From Candidatus Sulfotelmatobacter sp. (lineage in GTDB: Bacteria > Acidobacteriota > Terriglobia > Terriglobales > Acidobacteriaceae): a stretch of 64,000 bases of DNA. How positions within the stretch are numbered: the first letter of the stretch is position 1; each line of letters begins with the position of its first letter. The position numbers were made by a program, and so were the translations under genes. Location: positions 226,874 to 290,873 of the forward strand of contig DASYBM010000002.1 in the NCBI GenBank assembly GCA_036500765.1. The letters run 5' to 3'. The notes under the pieces were generated by a model. That model saw only the letters and a program-made list of their open reading frames with translations, was not told where the DNA came from and ran no database searches. Shown here one piece after another: positions 27,415-37,865 of this stretch.

Positions 27415-28179
27415 ATGTCGAATGAGATCGGGGCGATCAGCGAACTCCAGACTCTACACGCTGGAGAACGAACGAATGCGGAAGGCAAGCCGGTGATGAA
27501 CACGATTCTTTTATCAATCCCCGATGAGGAGTTTGACCTGATCCGCCCGCACCTGCGGTTTCTGGTGTTGCCGCACCACCGTACGCTGCACGAGCCCAAT
27601 CGCAAGGCGGAGTTCGCCTATTTCCTGAACCGAGGCATGGTTTCTCTGGTGGTGACTGCGGGCCGGGGACAAAGTGTGGAAGCGGGCGTCGTCGGGAACG
27701 AGGGATTTTCGCCGATCCCATTGGCGGCCGGCATCAGGAGAATTCCGCACCGCGCCGTGATGCAGGTTGGCGGAGAAGGGTTCAAGGTTAACGCCGATGC
27801 CATGGAGACAGCTCTACAATCCAGCCCACAGTTCCAGCGACTGCTGAATCGGTATGCGGCAGTTCACGGCATGCAAGTCGCCCAGACTGCCGGCTGCAAT
27901 CGGCTCCATAATCTCGAGCAACGTTTTTCCCGATGGCTGCTCCTGATTCAGGATCGTGTTGAGTCCGGTCTGCTGCGCATCACCCACGATTTTCTGGCGA
28001 CTATGCTTGGAACCGATCGCCCCAGTGTGTCTTTGGTAGCGGGCGGACTGCAACGGAAACGCATTATCGAGTACACGCATGGCTCGGTGAAAATTCTGAA
28101 TCGCAAGAAACTCGAAGCTTCGGCTTGCGAATGCTACGGAATTACGCAGCTGTTCAACGCGGAAATGGGTCTTCGGTAG
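27415..28179 (+). CDS. Crp/Fnr-family transcriptional regulator
   Basis: Cyclic-nucleotide-binding-like beta-roll in the N-terminal half. C-terminal HTH ITHDFLATMLGTDRPSVSLVAGGLQRKRII. Confidence 0.8.
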   Translation: MSNEIGAISELQTLHAGERTNAEGKPVMNTILLSIPDEEFDLIRPHLRFLVLPHHRTLHEPNRKAEFAYFLNRGMVSLVVTAGRGQSVEAGVVGNEGFSPIPLAAGIRRIPHRAVMQVGGEGFKVNADAMETALQSSPQFQRLLNRYAAVHGMQVAQTAGCNRLHNLEQRFSRWLLLIQDRVESGLLRITHDFLATMLGTDRPSVSLVAGGLQRKRIIEYTHGSVKILNRKKLEASACECYGITQLFNAEMGLR

Positions 28180-28430
28180 GAAGCGCCGCTGCGCGCTTAT
28201 GAGAGTACTGCGGCCTTATTGGATTTTCGGCGATTTCGGACGACGGAAGGCCGTCCCCGTTTTTCCTCAACCAGCCTGCCCTTGTCACTGGGGCATTGAT
28301 CCAACCTATTGAAACGATTCGTCATCGAAGCTGAGTCCGATCGAGCAAGCCATGGCTTTCAGTAGATTCGATGGTCATCCGGGAACGGAACCCATGGGGT
28401 GGCCGTCCCTTCGGCAGATATAGGTGCGTA

Positions 28431-30251
28431 ATGTCGAGTCGGCAAAACTTGTGGAGCAGTTGGCATGACCGTCTGGCCGCGCTTCGCAATATTCCCGTCG
28501 TCCTGCGTATCGTTTGGGAATCCGGCGGGACAGTCGTAGCGCTCGGTCTGATATTTCGCTTAGTGGCTTCGCTATTGCCCATCGCCCTACTGTGGGTAAC
28601 CAAGCTGATCATCGACAGCGTGGTGCATGCCGTAAACGCCCATCAACCCGTGCCGCGACATCTTTGGCACTTGGTGGAAATCGAATTTGGACTGGCGGTT
28701 TTCGCCAGCGTTCTGAGTCGCACGGTCGATTACCTCGACCAACTGCTCGCCGACAACTACACGCGCCACGTCAGCATTCAAGTCATGAAGCATGCAGCAG
28801 AGCTCGACCTGCTGGCCTATGAAGATCCTGTCTTTTATGATCGCTTGGAACGAGCGCGGGTACAGGCCACAGACCGTCTGGGCATGATTCAATCGATGGG
28901 GCGACTGGTGCAGCAGGTTGTCACGACGGTTTCGCTTTCCGTTTCCATCATGGTCTTTTCCCCGTGGCTGCTGCTGCTTTTGATTGCAGGAGTGGTTCCG
29001 GCATTCCTCGGAGAGAGTCACTTCGCATTCTTGAGCTATGCCAAAAATTTCCGGCAAACACCGATTCGCCGACAACTCGACTATTTGCGCGTATTAGGAG
29101 GCAGCAAAGAAGCGGCCAAAGAACTGAAGCTCTTTGGGTTGAAAGATTTCCTGACGGAACGGTTCACCAAGCTCTCCGATCAAATCTATTTTGAAGATGT
29201 GGCCCTGGCCCGCCGCCGCTTGGTGGCCGGGGCGCTATTGTCAATTGTTGGCGCGGCCGGTTATTACGGCGCCTACGTACTGGTGATTTGGCGGACAGTC
29301 ACGGGAGTGCTGAGCATTGGAACGCTGACATTTCTGGCGGGCGCGATTCTGCAAGCCAGCACTAATATTCAACAGATTTTTTCGACGGTGTCGAGCATCG
29401 CCGATCAGGCTTTGTTTCTTACCGATCTGATTGCGTTTCTCCAGATGAAGCCGACAATCCGCTCGAAACCCCAAGCCCTGCCCGCGCCCAAGCCCATCCG
29501 TCAGGGATTCGAGTTCCGCAACGTTTCCTTCCGCTATCCCGGCGGAGTGCATCTGATTCTTAACCATTTCAATTTTCGCATTCACCCTGGAGAGCGGGTC
29601 GCACTGATCGGCGAGAACGGTCAGGGAAAGACCACCATCGTCAAACTGCTCACCCGCCTTTACGATCCGGTCGAGGGACAGATCCTGCTCGATGGCATCG
29701 ACCTTCGCGAATACAGCCTTGAGAGTCTGTACCGAGAGATTGGCGTGATTTTCCAGGATTTCATGCGCTTTGAAATGACGGCTAGCGAGAACATTTCTGT
29801 GGGACGAATCGAGGAACTCGACAACCTTCCTCTGGTACAGGTTTCGGCGGAGAAAAGTCTGGCCGATGAAGTGGTCCGCAAACTTCCCCGCGGGTACGAG
29901 CAAATGCTGGGCCGCCGTTTCGAGGGCGGCGTGGATCTTTCCGGAGGCGAGTGGCAAAAAGTTGCGCTCGCTCGCGCCTATCTGCGGGATGCGCAAGTTC
30001 TCATTCTGGACGAGCCCACCGCCGCGCTCGACGCCCGCAGCGAATTCGAGGTATTTCAGCGCTTTGCCGAACTCACGCGAGGCAAGATGGCGCTCTTTAT
30101 TTCGCACCGATTTTCGACGGTACGAATGGCCGACCGCATCGTCGTAATCGAAGACGGCCGCGTCGCCGAAGAGGGCAGACATGACGAGTTGACTCACCTC
30201 GGTGGCCGATATGCCGAGATGTTTGAAATGCAAGCTGCGAGTTATCGCTAG
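28431..30251 (+). CDS. ABC exporter, fused permease/ATPase (MsbA/NdvA-like type)
   Basis: Six-TM N-terminal domain. Walker A GENGQGKTT, signature LSGGEWQKVALARA, Walker B VLILDEPTAALD. ATG at 28431 is preferred over the track start at 28371. Confidence 0.9.
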   Translation: MSSRQNLWSSWHDRLAALRNIPVVLRIVWESGGTVVALGLIFRLVASLLPIALLWVTKLIIDSVVHAVNAHQPVPRHLWHLVEIEFGLAVFASVLSRTVDYLDQLLADNYTRHVSIQVMKHAAELDLLAYEDPVFYDRLERARVQATDRLGMIQSMGRLVQQVVTTVSLSVSIMVFSPWLLLLLIAGVVPAFLGESHFAFLSYAKNFRQTPIRRQLDYLRVLGGSKEAAKELKLFGLKDFLTERFTKLSDQIYFEDVALARRRLVAGALLSIVGAAGYYGAYVLVIWRTVTGVLSIGTLTFLAGAILQASTNIQQIFSTVSSIADQALFLTDLIAFLQMKPTIRSKPQALPAPKPIRQGFEFRNVSFRYPGGVHLILNHFNFRIHPGERVALIGENGQGKTTIVKLLTRLYDPVEGQILLDGIDLREYSLESLYREIGVIFQDFMRFEMTASENISVGRIEELDNLPLVQVSAEKSLADEVVRKLPRGYEQMLGRRFEGGVDLSGGEWQKVALARAYLRDAQVLILDEPTAALDARSEFEVFQRFAELTRGKMALFISHRFSTVRMADRIVVIEDGRVAEEGRHDELTHLGGRYAEMFEMQAASYR

Positions 30252-30259
30252 GTGCTTTT

Positions 30260-33200
30260 ATGCCGCTGAATCGTCGCATTCAAGCCGTCATCGCGGAAGA
30301 AGCGACCCACGCTTCAACTACGGTCGACGACCAAATGGAGTTCCAGGCCCTGCGCGCGAAAGGCGAACGGCTGGCTTCGGAACTGGCGTGGATGCCGCGC
30401 ATAAAATCCTCCAATACCTTCTCAGCCCGTTGTCGTCAACTGAAAATCCATCTGGCTTCAGTGATTGCGGCGGTAAATTCCTTAACCACTCGTTCCCGTC
30501 TTTCAGCCGATGCCCGCTTGATTCGGGAGAACGAATCTCTGATCTATTCGGAGTTGCTGAGTGTCAGCTCGGATCTGAAATTACGCAGGCGTTTGCCGCA
30601 CGTTCACACCCGCAACGCCGAAAATATTCCTCGTATACTCGCTTTTGCGCAAGGCTTCTTCACGGCCACCGAATACCGCTTCTGTGAGCAGAGACTGACC
30701 TCGTTCTGCCTGGGCTTCCAGGAGATGGCCCCCCTGGAATTGCGTGAAATCAACGCCTTGGTTCCGGCCTTGAAGCTAGTACTGCTTGAGGAGATAGCAA
30801 CATGCGCCCGGCGCGCGTTCAATGGTAATAGCGAAGAGCGCGGCTTGCCCGATTTAGATGTCTGCATTCGGAGCCTTCGTGAAGTCGTGCAAATTTCCTG
30901 GGAAGACGTGCTTGGGCCGCTCATCTTGTTCGACGATGTTCTGCGGAAAGATCCGGTTGGCTGCTATGCCAACATGGACCCTGAGAGCTGGCGCCTTTAT
31001 CGCAATCACCTGGCAAGAATTGCGGTGCAGTCCGACCTTACCGAGAGGCAAGTAGCCGAGGAGGCGCTGGCACTTGCGCGCGAAGCTCAAGCTCGAAGCT
31101 ACGAAGATCCCCGGATCGCGCTGCGAGAATCGCATATTGGCTATTACATTGTGGGCGAAGGTGCCGAACGCCTGGTCGAGCGGGTTGGCAGCAGGCGAAC
31201 CGTGATGCAGAAGCTGCGCGCCTGGCTGCGCCGGTATCCTGACGAGGTCTTCTTCCCCGGGATTGTCCTCATCACCTGCTCTCTGGTCGCCGCATGCCTG
31301 TTTATGGTGACTTCGCCGGATAGTTCGCTCGGGTTCATATTCGTCTCGGCGCTGTTGTTGCTATTGCCAAGTTCCCAGAGCGCAGTGCAAATCACCGACT
31401 ACATCATCACGGCGCTGCTACCACCGGAAATTCTTCCCAAGCTTGACTTTTCCAAAGCGGTCCCCGCCGATTGCCTGACGCTCGTCGTGATTCCGACTTT
31501 GTTGTTGAATGAAAAACAAGTGCGTGCGCTGGCAGAGGACCTGGAGGTGCGGTTTCTGGGAAACCACGATCCCAATATCCATTTCGCGATCCTCTCCGAC
31601 CTGCCGGATTCTTATCATCTGGACCGCGAAGACAGCCCGCTGATTGATCTTTGTTCTTCTTTGATCAGGGAACTGAATGAGAAATATAAAGGGCAAGGGA
31701 AAGGTGCCTTCTTGATGTTCCATCGGCACCGCGTTTACAACCCGCGGGAAAGAGGCTGGATGGGATGGGAACGAAAACGAGGCAAGCTGCTCGACCTGAA
31801 TAAGCTGTTGCGTGGACAATACGACAGCTTCCCGATCAAAGTCGGTGACTTGTCGATTCTTCCCAAAGTCCGCTACGTGATAACACTGGATACGGACACA
31901 GAATTGCCGCGCGGAGCGGCGCAGCGCATGATCGGCACCCTGGCTCATCCCTTGAATCGGGCGATTGTCGATCCCGAACGGAACATCGTGGTCGCAGGCT
32001 ACGGAATCTTGCAGCCCCGGGTTGGGGTAAGTGTACAAAGCACCGTCCGCTCCCGACTGGCTGCCATCTATGCCGGTGAAACCGGGTTGGACATTTATAC
32101 GAGGGCGGTTTCCGACGCCTATCAGGACCTTTACGGCGAAGGCAGCTTTACCGGCAAAGGAATTTACGATGTCGACGCGGTGCACCGGGTGCTCGATAGC
32201 CGGTTTCCGCGCAATGCGCTTCTCAGTCACGATCTGATCGAGGGCGCCTACGCGCGCGCGGGTTTAGCCAGCGACATCGAGTTGATCGAGGATTATCCCT
32301 CGCACTATAGCGCCTATAACCGTCGCAAACACCGCTGGCTACGCGGCGACTGGCAGATTGCCGGATGGCTTTCGTCGGAAGTGCCGGATGAATCGGGTGC
32401 GCGGGTTCCGAACCCAATCTCCAGGATCTCCCGCTGGAAGATCCTGGACAACTTGCGGCGCAGCCTGGTCGAACCTGGCACGTTCCTGCTGCTTCTTTTC
32501 GGCTGGCTCGTGCCCGGCGGCCGGCACGTGGCCTGGACCGTAGCTGCCTTTTTTCTTTTGTCTCTTCCGATATTCTTTCAGCTCGTCTTTAGCCTGGTGC
32601 GGGCGGCGGTCAAGCGCAAGAGCACGATCGCACGCGAAGCCGTCAGCACATTTCTTACGGGCAGCTTCACCACCTTGCTCACGCTCGTTTTTCTTGGCCA
32701 CCAGACTCTGCTCTCGGTCGATGCCGTAGTCCGCGCGATATTTCGCCGCACGGTTTCGCGCGAACGCCTTCTGGAGTGGGAAACAGCGGCCGAGTCGGAA
32801 GCCGCCATTCGCCTTACTCCGGTCGACCGATATCTCAATTGGATGCCGGCCATCGCAGTAGTCATCGCTCTGGTCGTATGGCGTGCGCAGCCCAGCGCTC
32901 TCGTTGCCGCTCTGCCGGTCCTGATGTTGTGGGCTTCCAGCAAGTTCATTTCGGTCTGGTTGAACCGGTCGCCAATCGCTCCCCGGGCTGAGTTACCCCG
33001 GAAAGACTTGCGGTTTCTGCGCCGATCGGCATTGCGTATCTGGCGCTACTTTTCCGAGTTTTGCACGGCGGAACATAACTGGCTAATTCCAGATAATGTT
33101 CAGGAAAAACCGCCTGCGGTCGCGGCCCGGGTTTCGCCCACCAATCTTGGTTTGCTCTTGAACGCACAACAGGTGGCCTGTGAATTTGGCTATCTCACCG

Positions 33201-34744
33201 TTCCCGAATTGGCGGCGCAAACCCGGCGGACTCTTGATACGCTCGCACGTCTCCCGAAATATCGCGGCCATCTTCTGAACTGGTACGACACGCACACCCT
33301 GGAAGCGCTTCCGCCGCAGTTCGTCTCTTCGGTCGATAGCGGAAACCTGTTGGCCTCACTTTGGACTTTGCAGCAGGGATGTCTGGCTTGCCTCCAAGAA
33401 CCGCTTTTCCAGCCATCTCTGGCTGAGGGACTTCTCGATTGTTTAAGAGAACTGGCCACGCTGCGAGTACTCCCTCGCAAAGTGCTTTCTCGCTGCGAAA
33501 AGGATCTTCAAGGGGGAGATTGGCTTTCTGCAGCACAAGCACTCTGCGGAACCGCTGCCGACGAAATGCGGCCGCGTCCCAAGTCCCGGCACGCCGCGGA
33601 GATTCAATGGTTTCGAGAGCAGACGCTCACCCGGCTCCAGGCGATTTACAGCTTAGTCCAATCCTATGCCCCGTGGGATCTGGCGGAATTCCAGCCTCTC
33701 CAAACCGATGGTCTTGTGAGCGCCACAGTGCCGCCGTCTTTGCAGCTATTACCGCAGTTCATTGACGACTTGCAGCATCGCCTCGATCAAGCGGTGATCT
33801 CCGCTTCGGGCGAGCAAAAGAAACTTATTGAGGATTTGCTGCGGCTTCTCCCCCAGGCTGCGGCAAATGCCAGCCAACTGGCCGATACTCTTCGAACGGT
33901 CGCGTCCGACGCCAGGAAGCTGGCCGATGCCATGGATTTCGGTTTCCTTTTTAACCGTCGCCGTAAACTGATGTCGGTGGGATTCAATGTCCAGACTCAG
34001 CAACTTGAGCTGGCATGTTACGATCTGCTCGCGACCGAGTCCCGCACCGCAGTATTCGTCGCTATCGCCAAAGACGATATTCCTCAGGAATGCTGGTTCC
34101 GGATGGGTCGCGCCCACACCGTGGAACAAGGGCACCCTATCCTACTTTCCTGGACGGGGACGATGTTCGAATACTTAATGCCGACCCTGTGGATGCGTTC
34201 GTACGCGAACACGCTGCTCGACCGAAGTCGCCTTGCGGTAGTGAGTTGCCAACGGGAGTATGGAACCAGGAAAGGCGTGCCGTGGGGGATTTCCGAATCG
34301 GCATACTATAAGCTCGACGAAGCCGGCAATTATCAGTATCTCGCGATGGGAGTTCCACAACTCGGACTGATGAAACGGGAGTCTTGTCCTCTCGTTATCT
34401 CTCCGTACTCTACCTTTCTTGCAGTGACGGTAGATTCGACGGAGGCATTGCGAAATCTTCGCCGCATGGAGAAGCTGGGATGGTTCGGTCCGTACGGTTT
34501 TTATGAGGCCGCCGATTATTCCGCCTCAAGTCGCTTTGGCTGGCGCCGCCAGCAGATCGTCTATAGCTGGATGGCGCACCACCAAGGAATGAGTTTGCTC
34601 TCGATCGCCAATCTGCTCTGCGACAATGTAGTGCAACGCTGGTTCCACAGTAATCGCCGCGTCCAGGCGACCGATCTCCTGTTACATGAAAAGCCAGTTT
34701 CGCATGTATCGCCGACGCGGCTGCCGCGCATGACGGTCGCTTAG
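30260..34744 (+). CDS. Cyclic-beta-1,2-glucan-synthase-like protein: GT84 glycosyltransferase plus glucoamylase-like (cyclisation-type) domain, without a GH94 phosphorylase domain
   Basis: GT84-type motifs: HFAILSDLPD, ITLDTDTELPRGAAQRMIGTLAHPLN, GILQPRV, LLSHDLIEGAYARAGLASDIELIEDYP and RKHRWLRGDWQI, with flanking TM segments. The C-terminal third carries SPTNLGLLL, VDSGNLLASL, LLSWTGTMFEYLMPTLWM and PWGISESAY, as in the middle region of Cgs/NdvB. The protein ends at 1494 aa. Confidence 0.7.
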   Translation: MPLNRRIQAVIAEEATHASTTVDDQMEFQALRAKGERLASELAWMPRIKSSNTFSARCRQLKIHLASVIAAVNSLTTRSRLSADARLIRENESLIYSELLSVSSDLKLRRRLPHVHTRNAENIPRILAFAQGFFTATEYRFCEQRLTSFCLGFQEMAPLELREINALVPALKLVLLEEIATCARRAFNGNSEERGLPDLDVCIRSLREVVQISWEDVLGPLILFDDVLRKDPVGCYANMDPESWRLYRNHLARIAVQSDLTERQVAEEALALAREAQARSYEDPRIALRESHIGYYIVGEGAERLVERVGSRRTVMQKLRAWLRRYPDEVFFPGIVLITCSLVAACLFMVTSPDSSLGFIFVSALLLLLPSSQSAVQITDYIITALLPPEILPKLDFSKAVPADCLTLVVIPTLLLNEKQVRALAEDLEVRFLGNHDPNIHFAILSDLPDSYHLDREDSPLIDLCSSLIRELNEKYKGQGKGAFLMFHRHRVYNPRERGWMGWERKRGKLLDLNKLLRGQYDSFPIKVGDLSILPKVRYVITLDTDTELPRGAAQRMIGTLAHPLNRAIVDPERNIVVAGYGILQPRVGVSVQSTVRSRLAAIYAGETGLDIYTRAVSDAYQDLYGEGSFTGKGIYDVDAVHRVLDSRFPRNALLSHDLIEGAYARAGLASDIELIEDYPSHYSAYNRRKHRWLRGDWQIAGWLSSEVPDESGARVPNPISRISRWKILDNLRRSLVEPGTFLLLLFGWLVPGGRHVAWTVAAFFLLSLPIFFQLVFSLVRAAVKRKSTIAREAVSTFLTGSFTTLLTLVFLGHQTLLSVDAVVRAIFRRTVSRERLLEWETAAESEAAIRLTPVDRYLNWMPAIAVVIALVVWRAQPSALVAALPVLMLWASSKFISVWLNRSPIAPRAELPRKDLRFLRRSALRIWRYFSEFCTAEHNWLIPDNVQEKPPAVAARVSPTNLGLLLNAQQVACEFGYLTVPELAAQTRRTLDTLARLPKYRGHLLNWYDTHTLEALPPQFVSSVDSGNLLASLWTLQQGCLACLQEPLFQPSLAEGLLDCLRELATLRVLPRKVLSRCEKDLQGGDWLSAAQALCGTAADEMRPRPKSRHAAEIQWFREQTLTRLQAIYSLVQSYAPWDLAEFQPLQTDGLVSATVPPSLQLLPQFIDDLQHRLDQAVISASGEQKKLIEDLLRLLPQAAANASQLADTLRTVASDARKLADAMDFGFLFNRRRKLMSVGFNVQTQQLELACYDLLATESRTAVFVAIAKDDIPQECWFRMGRAHTVEQGHPILLSWTGTMFEYLMPTLWMRSYANTLLDRSRLAVVSCQREYGTRKGVPWGISESAYYKLDEAGNYQYLAMGVPQLGLMKRESCPLVISPYSTFLAVTVDSTEALRNLRRMEKLGWFGPYGFYEAADYSASSRFGWRRQQIVYSWMAHHQGMSLLSIANLLCDNVVQRWFHSNRRVQATDLLLHEKPVSHVSPTRLPRMTVA

Positions 34745-34838
34745 TTTTGAAGCCGATTTTCATTGCGCCACAAATTGCTGTGGCGCTTGATTGCTGTTTG
34801 TTTTTGTGGGCTCCGTTTTTTCTGTAAAGTAACGCGGC

Positions 34839-36356
34839 ATGAAAAAAATCTTCAGATACGAATCCCTGCTCGTCGTTGTTATTGCCCTGCTTATTTCGTG
34901 CACCCTTCCGAATATGTATGGGCAAACTCCGGCAGCTTCGGATACCCTACTCGTCGACGGCGCCGCCCCGACACACCCATTCCCCCACTTTTGGGAACAA
35001 ATGTTTGGCTCCGGTCGAGCCATTCTCGTGCTCCGCGACAGCTACCGTCAGGATTTGCGTGCGGTTCACCAGATTACCGACTTCGAATATGTGCGATTTC
35101 ATGCCATTTTTGACGATGAAGTCGGTATCTACGATGAGGATGGCGAGGGAAAACCGGTTTACGACTTTTCCTATGTCGATCAGATCTACGATGGGTTATT
35201 GGCCGACGGAGTCAAGCCTTTTGTAGAAATCAGCTTCATGCCTAACAAGCTCGCAGCGGCTGCGAAGTTGCAGCCTTTTTGGTATAAACCGAACGTATCG
35301 CCGCCTAAAGATTGGGCAAAATGGGATGCGCTCATCGCCGCTTTCGTGGGCCATCTGATCGACCGCTATGGAATCGACGAAGTTGCCGCGTGGTATTTCG
35401 AAGTCTGGAATGAGCCAAATCTTGACTTCTGGGCCGGCGAACCAAAGCAATCCACGTACTGGGAACTGTATGACCACACGGTTCTCGCCATCAAGAAGGT
35501 GAACGCGCGGCTTCGTGTAGGAGGACCGGCTACGGCTCAGGCCGCATGGGTCAGCCCATTCCTCCAGCATTGCACACAAAACAACATCCCCGTAGATTTC
35601 GTTTCTACTCACGTCTACGGAAACGACAGTTCGACCGACGTGTTCGGCACGACCGAAGATATACCGCGCAACCAAATGGTGTGCCGCGCCGTTCAGAAAG
35701 TTCACCAGCAAATCCGCGATTCCGCTAAACCAGGCCTGCCGCTCATCTGGAGTGAATTCAACGCCAGTTACAAGAACGAGACCGACGTCACCGATGCTGT
35801 ATATATGGGTCCATGGCTGGCCGAGACGATTCAGCAATGCGACGGGCTGGTGAATATCATGTCCTATTGGACGTTTTCCGATGTCTTCGAAGAACAAGGC
35901 GTAGTGAAGAAGCCGTTCTACGGAGGATATGGTTTGCTGGCGGAAGATTCTATCCCGAAGCCGGCATTCGAAGCTTTCCGGTTGCTGCACAAGCTGGGAA
36001 ACGAGCGGCTCACTTTGGACTCCGATTCCGCGCTGGTCACCCGGCGTGAGAATGGCTCAATCGTAATCGCCGTATGGAATTACCAGCCGCCCGAGCATTC
36101 CGGGCGAAGCAGGAACGTTGCTCTCCGTTTCAAGAATATAAATGCGAGCCATGCGTCCGTATGGCGGGTGGATGTGAATCATGGCGACTTCCACGAATCG
36201 TACAAGAAAATGCATGAACCCCGCTATCCGACGCCGGCCCAGATTCGACAGCTTCGCGCCTCCTCAGAGATCGAGCCGGTGGTGCGGGACATTACAAATA
36301 GTGAACTCGAGTTGGACGTGCCGGCTTCGGGCTTGGCCTTGATTGAGCTGAAATGA
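34839..36356 (+). CDS. GH39-like glycoside hydrolase (beta-xylosidase family), secreted
   Basis: FWEQMFGSGRAILVLRDSYRQDL...YVRFHAIFDD, acid/base motif YFEVWNEPNL, candidate nucleophile region LIWSEFN, N-terminal signal peptide. Confidence 0.7.
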   Translation: MKKIFRYESLLVVVIALLISCTLPNMYGQTPAASDTLLVDGAAPTHPFPHFWEQMFGSGRAILVLRDSYRQDLRAVHQITDFEYVRFHAIFDDEVGIYDEDGEGKPVYDFSYVDQIYDGLLADGVKPFVEISFMPNKLAAAAKLQPFWYKPNVSPPKDWAKWDALIAAFVGHLIDRYGIDEVAAWYFEVWNEPNLDFWAGEPKQSTYWELYDHTVLAIKKVNARLRVGGPATAQAAWVSPFLQHCTQNNIPVDFVSTHVYGNDSSTDVFGTTEDIPRNQMVCRAVQKVHQQIRDSAKPGLPLIWSEFNASYKNETDVTDAVYMGPWLAETIQQCDGLVNIMSYWTFSDVFEEQGVVKKPFYGGYGLLAEDSIPKPAFEAFRLLHKLGNERLTLDSDSALVTRRENGSIVIAVWNYQPPEHSGRSRNVALRFKNINASHASVWRVDVNHGDFHESYKKMHEPRYPTPAQIRQLRASSEIEPVVRDITNSELELDVPASGLALIELK

Positions 36357-36564
36357 GCTCTTCGGGGCAATGAACCGGGACGAGGCTGCGGTTTGCACCA
36401 GCGCAATACTTCGGTAGAGGAAAGTGCGGAGGATTCTGCAGGAAACTATGGCGGCGTTTACAGGTTCAAAATGATGGTTCCTCCCGGCGAATTGCCGTAA
36501 GAACTAAGGTGGCGATGGCAAGCCATGGCGTCGTTGAAAGCGGCTTGCGGCCAGGCGGTGAACC

Positions 36565-37587
36565 ATGCCGGTCCTTCGGAACGCGAGTCACGTTTTCGCG
36601 GCCGCTCTTCAGATCACACTAAGTGTTTTTCTTCTTCTCGGTGTGCTCGATACCGCGCTTCCCGCCCAAACTGACGTGAACGATGTTCACGTTGTACCCA
36701 GAAGGAGCCCTATCGCGCTGTCCGATGCTCTAGTGTCCAGCGTCGGCGGTCTTCACTTAATCAAGTCGGATGTGAATCTGGTGCTGGTTCCGGTGAGCGT
36801 GACCGATCCCCTGGAGCGCCTGGTGACCGGTCTGAATCAGGAGAACTTTCAGCTTTTCGAGGGCAAAAAGCCGCAGGAAATCCGCCACTTTTCCAGTGAA
36901 GACGTGCCCATTTCCGTGGGCATCATTCTGGATGCGAGCGGCAGCATGGGCAACAAGATGGATCGCGTGCGCGAAGCCGTAAGTCAATTCTGCGACGCCG
37001 CAAATCCTCGGGATGAGTTCTTCATGGTGATGTTTTCCGACGAGCCTCGCGTGGCGACAGACTTTACCTTCTCCCCCGAAGATCTCGAAAGAGACTTGCT
37101 GTTCACGAAACCGAAAGGGCGAACAGCCCTGCTCGACGCCATCTACCTTGGCTTGCATATGATGGACAATGCCACATATGCCAAGAAGGCCCTGCTCATC
37201 ATCTCGGACGGCGGCGACAACCATAGTCGCTATACCGAAAAGGAAATCAAAACGGCGGCGAGGGAATCGGACGTAATGGTTTACGCCGTTGGAACCTTTG
37301 ACCGGTATGCGCCGACGCAGGAAGAGATGCTCGGCCCCGGCCTGCTGTCGCAAATCGCGAGTTCTACGGGAGGCCGGTCCTTCGTGGTCGAGAACGCGGT
37401 CGCATTGCCGGAGATTACGCGGCGGATCGGAGCAGAGCTTCGAACCCAATACGTTCTGGGTTATCGTCCGCAGGACGTCGCGCCAGACGGGAAATGGCAC
37501 AAGATTCAAGTGAAATTAAGATTGCCAAAAAAGTTTTCTTTCCTGCGCGCCCATGCCAGGTCTGGATATTACGCGGCCAGCAGGTAG
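36565..37587 (+). CDS. VWA domain protein (acidobacterial VWFA-related type)
   Basis: MIDAS-like ILDASGSM. Architecture: signal peptide, then a beta-sandwich (NQENFQLFEGKKPQEI), then a VWA domain (ALLIISDGGDN) and a C-terminal ...YVLGY. Confidence 0.8.
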   Translation: MPVLRNASHVFAAALQITLSVFLLLGVLDTALPAQTDVNDVHVVPRRSPIALSDALVSSVGGLHLIKSDVNLVLVPVSVTDPLERLVTGLNQENFQLFEGKKPQEIRHFSSEDVPISVGIILDASGSMGNKMDRVREAVSQFCDAANPRDEFFMVMFSDEPRVATDFTFSPEDLERDLLFTKPKGRTALLDAIYLGLHMMDNATYAKKALLIISDGGDNHSRYTEKEIKTAARESDVMVYAVGTFDRYAPTQEEMLGPGLLSQIASSTGGRSFVVENAVALPEITRRIGAELRTQYVLGYRPQDVAPDGKWHKIQVKLRLPKKFSFLRAHARSGYYAASR

Positions 37588-37625
37588 GCCCAGCACGGCG
37601 AAGCCGGAATCGTAAGGACTCGCAA

Positions 37626-37775
37626 ATGATTCGAAAACTACGAACAGGCCAATACCGTTTGTACTCGCGCAAGAAGAACCCTAAGACAGGCAAGCGCCGA
37701 AATCTCGGCACGTTCGCTACTCGACGTGCCGCAGAAGCGCACGAACGAGCGGTTCAATATTTCAAGCGTAGTTGA
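37626..37775 (+). CDS. Small basic conserved-looking protein (49 aa)
   Basis: MIRKLRTGQYRLYSRKKNPKTGKRRNLGTFATRRAAEAHERAVQYFKRS. I recall similar short basic proteins in many genomes but cannot name the family. Chosen over the longer track ORF starting at 37494, which overlaps the VWA gene. Confidence 0.4.
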   Translation: MIRKLRTGQYRLYSRKKNPKTGKRRNLGTFATRRAAEAHERAVQYFKRS

Positions 37776-37807
37776 AGGTTGGGTTCAGGCGCTACATAAA
37801 GGCGGGA

Positions 37808-37840
37808 AGAAAAAAAGTCCCGACCCATGAGGTCGGGACT
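37808..37840 (-). terminator. Rho-independent terminator for the Gln/Gly-rich small gene (possibly bidirectional)
   Basis: Perfect 10-bp stem agtcccgacc (37816-37825) / ggtcgggact (37831-37840) with loop catga. The A-run 37809-37816 becomes a T-run on the minus strand. Confidence 0.65.
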
Positions 37841-37865
37841 TCAAGAGTAGATGAAGCGTCACCAA

